A stretch of 63,967 nucleotides of DNA, counting the filler, from Octopus bimaculoides (Eukaryota): assembly GCF_001194135.2 (NCBI RefSeq). It is 5 parts of 5 records of this genome, joined end to end, with 100 filler letters (N's around TTAATTAATTAA, not from the genome) between each part and the next. Parts side by side here need not be neighbours in the genome. Positions count along the whole stretch, not along the records: positions 30,125 to 52,670 come from NC_068990.1; 4 more parts are not named here. One strand, 5' to 3'. The notes under the pieces are model-generated. The model had not been told where the DNA came from. It worked only from the letters and a program-made list of their open reading frames with translations, and searched no databases. This document shows, in pieces, positions 38,860 through 50,343 of this stretch (its first letter is position 1; each line of letters opens with the position of its first letter). The translations under genes and the position numbers were made by a program.

Positions 38860-40007
38860 GCAGAGAAGCAACGAGGTTTCAGGACATGCCGACAGTGCAC
38901 CATCAACCGCCGGCAATGACCCATTCTATGTTTTTCTCTTCTTTTTCCTCCCCTGTGCTACGAGAGGGTATAGTATCTCCGCTTTATCCGGAGGATCTTC
39001 CCTCCCTCCTGCAACTGTAGGGTCCTTCGCTGGGCGACCATTGTTGCCCACCTTTCTTTTTTTAAGAGGTCTTCACCTCCTCGACTGCTTCCATTTCCCC
39101 CCTCCAATGGGAGAGCGGGAGGCACTACTTTTATTAACTGCTCCAGGACCTTACTTTGGTCCTGGGGACAGTTCATTTTAATGGGAACTGGCTCCAGGCA
39201 CCGGTGACACTTGGGGGCGTCCCTCAAGAATGAGAGAATACCTAGAAGCGACCATTCTAAAAAAATCTGGGAATACCACATTCTTGGCTGATTGGGTCCA
39301 CAAGGTCAAAACCGCTTTTCACCCTACCCAATCAGCCGCAGGCAGAATTTAAACATTGAGGAGCTTGGCTCCGCTGCCACCCAGACCCCGGCGGATAGTG
39401 CCTTCTATCCACTCGGGTTCTATCCCGTGTGGCGGCCCACAGACCTAAGGTCTTGTTAATTTCTTCCCACATACTGTGGGAAGAAACAGAATCTTTTGCC
39501 CTTCCAAGGGCTGGCGACCCACCTCAGGAGTGTCAAATAGCAACCACACCGTTGCGTACTTAACACCCCTGGCAATAAACGTAATAGTTGCCAGATATTC
39601 TGCCATCTCTTTTTCTATTTTAACTTTAGGAAAGACCTTAATGGTGTCGAGTGACTTAGAATAAGTCCTCAACACCACTGTTCTCTCCTTTAAGTCTTTT
39701 AACTACTGCTTGGGTGGGACAATCTCCCATTCCAACGCAGTGTTTACCTTCTTTGCCATGTTTTCAGAAAAAGTCCAATAAATAATTCACAACAAAAAGT
39801 CTAAATAAAGTCCAAAAAATCAAAAAAGAGCAGAAAGACAGAACGGAGATAAAGAAAGAAGTAAGACAGTTCAAGCCACGGCAACACAAAATTCCGGCCA
39901 CCCAGTAATCCTGGCCAACAGGTATTCCAAAAAAAGTTACTCCAAAAAGGTGCTCCAGAAGGAACACAAAAAAAAAATCCTCCACAAATTGGTAGAATTT
40001 TCCAAAA
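38860..40007 (-). mobile_element. L1/Tx1-like LINE 5' part: 5' UTR plus degraded ORF1 (ATG 39759) with zinc knuckle
   Basis: About 190 codons with stops, then LEGRP/KCHRCLEPVPIKMNCP (CX2CX4[H>P]X4C at ~39166-39212) and a basic tail; T-rich leader runs into a gap. Confidence 0.6.
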
Positions 40008-40971
40008 NNNNNNNNNNNNNNNNNNNNNNNNNNNNNNNNNNNNNNNNNNNNNNNNNNNNNNNNNNNNNNNNNNNNNNNNNNNNNNNNNNNNNNNNNNNNN
40101 NNNNNNNNNNNNNNNNNNNNNNNNNNNNNNNNNNNNNNNNNNNNNNNNNNNNNNNNNNNNNNNNNNNNNNNNNNNNNNNNNNNNNNNNNNNNNNNNNNNN
40201 NNNNNNNNNNNNNNNNNNNNNNNNNNNNNNNNNNNNNNNNNNNNNNNNNNNNNNNNNNNNNNNNNNNNNNNNNNNNNNNNNNNNNNNNNNNNNNNNNNNN
40301 NNNNNNNNNNNNNNNNNNNNNNNNNNNNNNNNNNNNNNNNNNNNNNNNNNNNNNNNNNNNNNNNNNNNNNNNNNNNNNNNNNNNNNNNNNNNNNNNNNNN
40401 NNNNNNNNNNNNNNNNNNNNNNNNNNNNNNNNNNNNNNNNNNNNNNNNNNNNNNNNNNNNNNNNNNNNNNNNNNNNNNNNNNNNNNNNNNNNNNNNNNNN
40501 NNNNNNNNNNNNNNNNNNNNNNNNNNNNNNNNNNNNNNNNNNNNNNNNNNNNNNNNNNNNNNNNNNNNNNNNNNNNNNNNNNNNNNNNNNNNNNNNNNNN
40601 NNNNNNNNNNNNNNNNNNNNNNNNNNNNNNNNNNNNNNNNNNNNNNNNNNNNNNNNNNNNNNNNNNNNNNNNNNNNNNNNNNNNNNNNNNNNNNNNNNNN
40701 NNNNNNNNNNNNNNNNNNNNNNNNNNNNNNNNNNNNNNNNNNNNNNNNNNNNNNNNNNNNNNNNNNNNNNNNNNNNNNNNNNNNNNNNNNNNNNNNNNNN
40801 NNNNNNNNNNNNNNNNNNNNNNNNNNNNNNNNNNNNNNNNNNNNNNNNNNNNNNNNATATATATATGTTTGTATATATAAATATGTATATACATTTATAT
40901 GTATGTTTAGAAAATATATATATATATATATACGTAACTGTATATATTGTATATACATATATGTATGCAAC

Positions 40972-41003
<32 letters not shown>

Positions 41004-42029
41004 CATACATACATACATACATACATACATACATACGTATATATATGCATGCAACTGTGTGCTAGCAGTGATTTACGTTCCAAATTACCTCCGCAGTGGC
41101 TGGCCTAACTACGTTTCAATACTTAGATTTCCTTGTCTGTTACATGCCACTAACATTGATAATATTTCATAGCCTGTTCTGTAATTTTCGTTACCTCTGT
41201 CTTTCTCAAATTGAAACATTATTCCGTATGTAACACTACAGTTCATTACGATAACCATAAATTCCTTTGTAACCATTGCTGAATCAAATCTAATGATGTA
41301 ATTTGATTCCCAACCAGAATTGAAATCATGATTTTCTGGTTGTATTCAAGAATGATATAGAAATATTCTGAAAGTTGTGCTTAAGACAGAAGCGACTTCC
41401 AGTGCAGTTATTTTCACTTCAATACATTACCAGTTTATCTGACTATATAATCAAATAGACTGACTGCATAACAGAAATATCCATATTTTATTTCTACATT
41501 ATTTTGATTGTTATATTCTGTCGAATATTGTATATCTTCCCTTTGCTATTACATTTCAACGATTCTACAATTAGTTTCTAAGCTGTTTACGTCTAGGATA
41601 GAGAAAAGGAAACTACAACGGTACTTTAGCGGATAAATAATTCACCTCAGTAAATATCAAAATTGCACAACACCGAAATAGTAATACTGGTTGAATTTTG
41701 AGGGTGATTCTCAAGTATGATTTTGGTTGTAATGGCAGAAACAAACTTAACAAAGAATGAGAGAATTTCTCTTTCATGAATACATTCGGTGCCATAAATG
41801 GTGTAAAGTCGTAAAATCTCATCACACATAAAGTTAATTATATAAAGGACACAGGTTCTGTTTTCAGTAAGATCTGTTTTATTTACTGTCTATAATGAAC
41901 TCGAAATACTCTTTACTATCGCAAATTCTGTTTGGTCTTTTAGAAATACAACTTTCCATTTCAGACAGTCTAAACAATTTCACATATACTGCTTTTAGCT
42001 TTGCTGTTGTTACTTTTGTGAATGATAAA

Positions 42030-42470
42030 GCGGCGAGCTGGCTGGATCGTTGGCACGCCGGACAAAATGCTCAACGGCATTTCGTCTGCCTTTACGTTCT
42101 GAGTTTAAAGTCCGCAGAGGACGTCTTTGCCTTTTTTTCCATTTTAGGATGGATAAAACAAGTATCAGTTGAGCATTGTGTCCGATGTAATCCGCTAGCC
42201 CCACCCCACAAGTTTTCAGGTCTTATGTAGAAAGGTTATTGTTAATGTGGTAAGTTGGCAGAACCATTAGCACGTTCGATAAAATCCTCAGCAGCATCTC
42301 GTATATCTCTTTAAGTCCTGATCTCAAATTCTGCAGAGGTCAACTTCGCCTTTCATCATTTCGAGGTCGATAAAATAAGTAACATTAGAGCTCCGGGGTC
42401 GATACAATCGGATAGCCATCGCCCCTAAAATAACTGGCCTTGTACCAAAATTTGGAACTATTATTGTTAT
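42030..42470 (+). mobile_element. Two tandem SINE family B copies
   Basis: GCGGCGAGCTGGC head at 42030; second head near 42250; both have the core CTTT..CATC..TCGATAAAATAAGT. Confidence 0.75.
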
Positions 42471-43293
42471 TGTTGTATAGTACCAGAACAACTCTGATAA
42501 AGGAGACCTATGATGAAATTAGCTCCTACCATGATTAGATTATCTTTCTTTAACATGTAAGGAATATTGGACTATATAATCTAATGTCCTTCCATTTTTA
42601 ACGAATTCGGCTTCTATTTCCACCAAGCCGAGGGATCATGTAGAGGCTACCTCATTATTTTATTATGCAGATTGACAAATTGTACATCATCTCAGTTGTT
42701 AAAGGTACTACCGCATAGATACATTTAGAATTATAAACACTAAACTTTAGGAGTGAGCTGTCGGCACACTATGCTTCCTAGGTCGCTAAGGGTCTTCTGT
42801 CTGAAATACTTCATTAAAACCACAAATTGTATCAGAATAGCACACCTTCCTTTACTTATCCCTCCGCTGCAACTCAAATCATTTCCTTTATTCCAGTATA
42901 ACAACTCTGTTGTAGGGCTTCACTGACCAATGCGCAGTGTCCTGGCAAATGTGTTTAACGTTCCGTAGTCAAATCCATCTAACTATAGATAGATGTTCTA
43001 GTTGTTATACTGCTTTATCTTTCTCACTTAACTCTAGGCCAGAACGGAATGGCAATCTCAACTTATTTTTAGATATTATTTATGTAGGATTACATTATCC
43101 AATATGTCTACCCGTTCTTAAGATAGTAGGATGTGATTTTGTGGGAAGTTTGGCTCATCTATAAATACTTAGTGAAGCTGGTAAATTTACATAAATCCTT
43201 CTCTCGATAGCACACGAAGATATCTAACGTTTCAAAGTTCACTAGAATTTTGCTGATGCAAAACACTATAAATTTCCTGGAAACCTGGAAATC

Positions 43294-43368
<75 letters not shown>

Positions 43369-44705
43369 TCTTTCCCCACTTAACAAAGTCTATCTGAAGT
43401 CACTAGCGGTAAGTTTTCCGTTAAGTCGTAAAAAGATAAATCATTGACGTTATAATCTGCACCATACCAAAAAGCAACGACTCGGCAACTCTTGCTCTTG
43501 ACATTTTGAAAACAATCAGTCAGTCGATGAATTGGAAGGCTTCCTTTCGAACCGCATAGAACTATAACAAATATATTTATCACAAAGTATAGAGCAATAA
43601 GTAGAATGACCAAAGAAAAAAAGCATATATCTACTGTAGCATAGATTCTAAATGATAAATTTGTCATTTGCCTAATATATAATCATAAGGTGATGACCAT
43701 TATGCTATCAAAAAGAATAAATCGATACAAAATAAAAATGAATTGGTTCAGAAAAGTCATGCTACCTTTACCAAAGCTCTTCTAAATAAATTGATGAATA
43801 AGATTATAACAGACATTTTTCATTGTATGTTTTTACTTTACGAGATAAAGCAACTTGTTAGAAACCCTAGATGTGTGCTACAAATGATAATATTCCTATC
43901 GTTCAGACGCAATAACTATCGTCGTGAAAGTGAATTCCAAAAAGCCACTAACGGTATCAATTTCATGCAATTTCAGTACATTATTTTTTATATTTATTCC
44001 AGTGTTTGGTTTCGAATTTGGAGATGTGGTGAATGGTAACTGTGATAAGTGAATTGATTTATCTACACACTGGAAACGAAACTGACTCTACAAAACGTAT
44101 TACTGCATTGGAATATCACACTCTTTATATAACCTTATTATATGTTTTGTTCCAAATGTAAGACAACATTTAGTATTTTTCTTTCGTGAAATTCGGTGCA
44201 TAATGGTTTATTCTAACTATATACAAAGAGCGTCCATAGTGTACTAAGAGTCAAAAAAACTTCAACTGAAAAGATACATTAGTTGTACAAAAGTAAAAAA
44301 GTCCTACACATCACTTCAATACACACACACACATTTGTAACAGCTTATATGTACATTTATAACAGATTGTTGGGAATTTAAATGTTCGGCCGATTTCTTT
44401 TATAAACACTCCTGCGAATACCGGCTTGCAGAATGCATAGAAGTTGACAGTTTTCCTTAAAGGAAATCGTGCGATACAAATAGATTCCAGGGATAATTCA
44501 TTAGTCATGGCATGCATGACAGAGTAAGTCAACGAAATGAGGCGACCGTATGATATTTATTGTTTCATTGCGATCGTTTCAACAATAGAGAGTACAGCCA
44601 CATCATGACCACAAAGAATTTTGTAATATTACAACATATTACAAAATCATTTTTAATGATATCTGAATAATGAAATAACATCACCTCCATTCTTAGACTT
44701 ACTTC

Positions 44706-44740
<35 letters not shown>

Positions 44741-45807
44741 NNNNNNNNNNNNNNNNNNNNNNNNNNNNNNNNNNNNNNNNNNNNNNNNNNNNNNNNNNNN
44801 NNNNNNNNNNNNNNNNNNNNNNNNNNNNNNNNNNNNNNNNNNNNNNNNNNNNNNNNNNNNNNNNNNNNNNNNNNNNNNNNNNNNNNNNNNNNNNNNNNNN
44901 NNNNNNNNNNNNNNNNNNNNNNNNNNNNNNNNNNNNNNNNNNNNNNNNNNNNNNNNNNNNNNNNNNNNNNNNNNNNNNNNNNNNNNNNNNNNNNNNNNNN
45001 NNNNNNNNNNNNNNNNNNNNNNNNNNNNNNNNNNNNNNNNNNNNNNNNNNNNNNNNNNNNNNNNNNNNNNNNNTTTTAATATAGAGTAGGACCGCTTTGG
45101 CAGTAATTAGAACTTGGAATCTACCAAGTATGGACTTGTACGTATGTATGTATGCATTTATGTATGTATGCATGCACGTATGTATGCATGTATGTATGCA
45201 TGTTTGTTTGTATGCATGTATATATTTTTGTATGTATGTATGTATGTATGTATGTATGTACGTATGTATGCGTGTGTGTATGTATTTGTCTGTATGTGTA
45301 AGACAGGGTACTTAGATAGATAGGGAGGTACATCGATGTGGGCTATTTCTTGTGTAACTGTAGCATTAGATCACATAAAATTCGATTAAGTGGATTAAGG
45401 GCCAAAGAATATGGCGTAAAAACGAAAAAAATAAAACATGACGTTAATAATTGTGAAAATTCAACACGATATACAATTGTTGAAAGCAAAAAAATTTCAA
45501 TAGGCGAAATTATCGGAGGCCGATTAGTTAATTGCTGCTTATCTAAGCACATAATTAGTTGTTGATCTGAGTTGATAATTTAAATACAATTTTATAAGCA
45601 TATTAATTCGTTAATTTTGGAGATGATAATTTTAAAAATGAAATTCAACCTCAAGCTATTTCCTGTTTGAAAAAAAGAAGCAATTATTTTTCGAACGTCG
45701 AGAGATTGCTATAAATGAACAACAAATTTGCGGACAAAAGCATAAAGCCAAAACAGAAAGAAAAAATACAATTTTTTGTTGAACTATTCCGTGTTATTTA
45801 TTATTAT

Positions 45808-46277
45808 TTTTACTTGTTTCTGTCATCAGACTGCGACCATGCTGGAGCACCGCCTTGGAGAATGTTTGTCGAACGAATCGACCCCCAGTATTTATGTTTT
45901 TTTCTTTTTTTAAGGTGCTACTTAATCTGTCGGACGCTTTAGAAGAACCACTAAGTTACAAGTGACGTAAACAGAGCAACACCAGTTGTCAAACAGTGAT
46001 GTGGACAAACACAGACACAGATACAGACACACATATACAAACATACATATATGTATGAGTGTGTTTGCGTATGTGTGCGTTAGTGCGCGTGCGCGTGCGT
46101 GTGCGTGTGTGTGTACGACGGGCTTCTTCAGTTTCCGTCTACCATATCCACTCACAAGCCTTTGGTCGGCCTGAGACTATAGTAGCAGGCTCTTGCCAAA
46201 GATGCCAGTCGGTGGGACTGAACTCGGAACCTTATAGTTGAGAAGCAAACTTTTTCTAACACAGCCACTCCTGCGCC
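45808..46277 (-). mobile_element. SINE family A, full length
   Basis: Head, central CA/TG tract and tail all present in reverse orientation. Confidence 0.85.
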
Positions 46278-46974
46278 TATTATAATCTTTCTTAAGTACT
46301 TTTTGCTTTGTGTTTTTCCTTCATTTTTGTTTAGTTCAAAAAAGAAAAATGGAAACACTACATTTGAGACACAGTGTATGGAAATCTTCATCAAATGGCT
46401 GTTTTATTGTGCCATTTACAATTTTTCCTTTCTCACTTTTTCTCTCTCTCTCTTTCTATCTCTTACTCCTGCCATCTCTATTATTTCCGCGCTCTCTTTC
46501 TCATTCCTCTCCGTCTCTCTCTCTCTCTCAGTCATCTCTCTCTCAGTCATCTCTCTCCTTCTTGCTTACTCTCTATCTATCGTCTGAAAATTGCTCAAGT
46601 CAATTGATCGCTCAGCCATTTTTGTCTAGCAACGTAACAACGTAACTTCACTGAAATCAATAGCAAAGCCGGCCAAAGACACGAAATTATCTATTTATGG
46701 ATGCGTTTTATTGGTCAGTAAAGGTTAGATGTGGTAATATGCGACAGGAAGAAGTAACATTCCAAGTTTATGAGGCCTTGAACAAAATAAGAGACTCGTA
46801 TTTCTATAACTACCCCTGTAAAAATATGTGAAATATTGGTAAAAGAAACGTGGCAACAAAAATAAAATATGATAATTACTTAATAGATTGAGATGTTTAA
46901 AGAGGAAAAACTTTGCAAGAGAAACGTTTTCTATAGTTAACACCATAAAGGAACAACCAAACTCACACACACAG

Positions 46975-47047
<73 letters not shown>

Positions 47048-47244
47048 TTGATACTAGTTACTTGGCGTCTTTCCGGATGACGGACATTTGATATTCGGCT
47101 CGAAACTTGATATTATGTATCTGCGAGAAATTTGATGTAATAATAGTAGTTTTATACGTATACGCTTATACATTTTAACTCTATAATTCTTGATATTCAG
47201 TACTTTTGTCTTTTGACATAGGAACTTGTCATCTGTTGTGTCTG

Positions 47245-47279
<35 letters not shown>

Positions 47280-48451
47280 CTCCATTCACTCGGCGGTACA
47301 CTTGTCAAGGGAAAATTGTTGCATATTTCAATGAATGCTGCTTGAGGTGTTTCCCCTCCATATTTGACCGATACGTTTACCAGACTGAGGTTTGTACTAG
47401 CTACTTTGTTATTTGATATCTTCTTGAAAACGACAAGTACGTCAGACATCTGGAAATTTTCGGTGACCACTCCACGTACATTGCTGTACCTAAGTCGCAG
47501 TGTGATAGCTCTTCGGTTTGCGTCCCCTTAGGTATTTCCTCCATGCTTCAAGCCCATATCTCACGCAATTGAAGGGATTGCCATTTATATACATATATAT
47601 ATATATATATANNNNNNNNNNNNNNNNNNNNNNNNNNNNNNNNNNNNNNNNNNNNNNNNNNNNNNNNNNNNNNNNNNNNNNNNNNNNNNNNNNNNNNNNN
47701 NNNNNNNNNNNNNNNNNNNNNNNNNNNNNNNNNNNNNNNNNNNNNNNNNNNNNNNNNNNNNNNNNNNNNNNNNNNNNNNNNNNNNNNNNNNNNNNNNNNN
47801 NNNNNNNNNNNNNNNNNNNNNNNNNNNNNNNNNNNNNNNNNNNNNNNNNNNNNNNNNNNNNNNNNNNNNNNNNNNNNNNNNNNNNNNNNNNNNNNNNNNN
47901 NNNNNNNNNNNNNNNNNNNNNNNNNNNNNNNNNNNNNNNNNNNNNNNNNNNNNNNNNNNNNNNNNNNNNNNNNNNNNNNNNNNNNNNNNNNNNNNNNNNN
48001 NNNNNNNNNNNNNNNNNNNNNNNNNNNNNNNNNNNNNNNNNNNNNNNNNNNNNNNNNNNNNNNNNNNNNNNNNNNNNNNNNNNNNNNNNNNNNNNNNNNN
48101 NNNNNNNNNNNNNNNNNNNNNNNNNNNNNNNNNNNNNNNNNNNNNNNNNNNNNNNNNNNNNNNNNNNNNNNNNNNNNNNNNNNNNNNNNNNNNNNNNNNN
48201 NNNNNNNNNNNNNNNNNNNNNNNNNNNNNNNNNNNNNNNNNNNNNNNNNNNNNNNNNNNNNNNNNNNNNNNNNNNNNNNNNNNNNNNNNNNNNNNNNNNN
48301 NNNNNNNNNNNNNNNNNNNNNNNNNNNNNNNNNNNNNNNNNNNNNNNNNNNNNNNNNNNNNNNNNNNNNNNNNNNNNNNNNNNNNNNNNNNNNNNNNNNN
48401 NNNNNNNNNNNNNNNNNNNNNNNNNNNNNNNNNNNNNNNNNNNNNNNNNNN

Positions 48452-48497
<46 letters not shown>

Positions 48498-48722
48498 TGA
48501 TTGTATGCTTCAAGGTGATACATACAGAACTGTTAAATATAAGTCACACTTTGTCATTTCAAGTTCATTCTGGGAAATATTTACAGAGACACTAAAAGAA
48601 ACATACATTAGCGACAGAGGCAGTATTAATACCGAAAGGTAATATTTATTCCCATTTAAACGTGGATGTTCTTGTAGAACAAACTTTACTGCAGTAGATA
48701 CCATGAGAGAAACTCTCACATT

Positions 48723-48917
48723 GGCTTTGGTGCAAAATGCATGCTTGTTCATATCGCTAGCGGGGAGAGTCACTGCTATCTCTAGCGATCGAGCGTCCAT
48801 CATCGATGAGAACAACGAAGGTCGAAATCACGTGATCTGGCGGTCTCGGCGTTGAGGCTGGAGCGATTTATCTCCCCGTTAGCGATATTAACAAGCACGC
48901 ATTTTGCACCAAAAGCC
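48723..48917. mobile_element. 195-bp MITE with ~46-bp TIRs (PIF/Harbinger-like ends possible)
   Basis: GGCTTTGGTGCAAAATGCATGCTTGTTCATATCGCTAGCGGGGAGA matches the reverse complement of 48871-48917 with 3 substitutions and a 1-nt indel; TSD unclear. Confidence 0.8.
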
Positions 48918-48930
48918 TATATCAGAGTTT

Positions 48931-49162
48931 CTTATTTCTTTATTGCCCCCAAGGGGTTAAACATAGAGGAGACAAACAAGGACAGACAAAGGGATTAAGT
49001 CGATTACATCGACCCCAGTGCGTAACTGGTACTTAATTTATCGACCCCGAACGGATGAAAGGAAAGTCGACCTCGGCGGAATTTGAACTCAGAATGTAAC
49101 GGCAGACGAAATACGGCTAAGCATTTCGCCCGGCGGGGTAACGTTTCTGCCAGCTCCCCACC
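48931..49162 (-). mobile_element. SINE family B (B2 tail)
   Basis: Highly similar to 32331-32564, including the alternative tail. Confidence 0.85.
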
Positions 49163-49559
49163 TTTATTATAATTTCTTTCATGGTAACTACCGCAGTAAA
49201 GTTTGTTCTAACAGAATATCCCCGTTTAGGTGGGAATAAATATTATCACTAGAAGAATAAACGAAAATCATTCTAATTATGTCTTTTGTTACAATGGATG
49301 ATGAAAAACTGATTGACAATCATATTCAAAACTTTCTATTAATTGAAATCAGAAGTAAAATATTTCACTTGAGATGACTATGTGTATATGTTTGTGAGAA
49401 TCTGAAGCGATAAAATAATCAGTAAATTTTTTATAATATTAATAAAGTTATATCTGTTGTACGAGTTACCTTGTTCAGTCATATGAAGCAATAACGTACC
49501 AAATTTTCTGTTCTTACTTATCGAACTTGCGACATTTTGTTGAATGAATATCTCTTATC

Positions 49560-49915
49560 TGGAGTAAAGATTATTTGCCAGCATAACATGGCTGTCCTGG
49601 TTTAGGACAAATGTTGCTGTAATTTAGCCCCAGGAGACATCCTCTCCAGCTGTCTATACGACACGATTTGTGTCCTTATATTTTCGAAAATAGGAATCTA
49701 GCTCAGCTCAAAACAATATCTGTGTATTCGGAAATCGCGATACACAGATATCGTTTTGAACTGAGTGGGGGTGCTAGATTCCTATGCTCGAAAATTTAAG
49801 GACACAGATCGTGTTGTATAGCCAACTGGAGAGGATGTCTCCTGGGGTTAAATTACAGCAACATTCGTCCTAAATCAGGACTGCCATGTTATGTTGGCAA
49901 ATAATCTTTACTCCA
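49560..49915. repeat. 356-bp palindrome (fold-back element)
   Basis: Arms 49560-49727 and 49740-49915; by-eye count about 14 substitutions and one 8-nt indel; 12-nt loop. Confidence 0.92.
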
Positions 49916-50259
49916 AAGTACTGTTGCTGAATATCTCTCGTTGTGAGAATTACAAATAGTAATTGGATCTTGTTCAAAACGGGGGCACCAGTATTTTCTT
50001 AACCAAACACTTTGAAACTTGGGACACTGGTAGAATGTGTCATATAAAACATCTTTTTCTCTTAGTCTTCTTAACAAAAAAACGTACATCGCAAGTTATT
50101 TCATGTTAAAGTTGTCGTATTTCTGTAATTTCAACCAATCACTGACGTCTATTCAGCTGTATACATTAAGTGCTGACTACGTAAACAAACGATTCTGGCG
50201 GTGATAAAATTATTATTTCCTTGTCAAAAAATGGCTGAAGCATATTGGCAGTAGCTAAT

Positions 50260-50316
50260 AAACCTTTCTATTATAGGCACAAGGCATGGTTTTTGAGGGA
50301 AGGAGCAAGTCAATTA
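50260..50316 (-). mobile_element. Truncated SINE family B 3' fragment inside the MITE
   Basis: CTTTCTATTATAGGCACAAGGC..GAGGGAAGG..AGTCAATTA matches the reverse complement of the B1 tail. Confidence 0.6.
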
Positions 50317-50343
50317 GGGTTAGGGTTAGGGTTAGGGTTAGGG
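50314..50343 (+). repeat. Interstitial telomeric repeat (TTAGGG)5
   Basis: Five perfect units. Confidence 0.95.

Noticed and set aside
44462-44522. Isolated AG..GT-bounded open segments (also near 10747, 16039, 18720 minus, 43910, 47300-47500 minus)
   Set aside because: No recognisable homology and no consistent phase chain; expected by chance in 64 kb
47070-47115. CGGATGA..GGCTCGAAAC hammerhead-like text (also a weak one at 185-230 minus)
   Set aside because: Core is mutated and stems I and III cannot be formed
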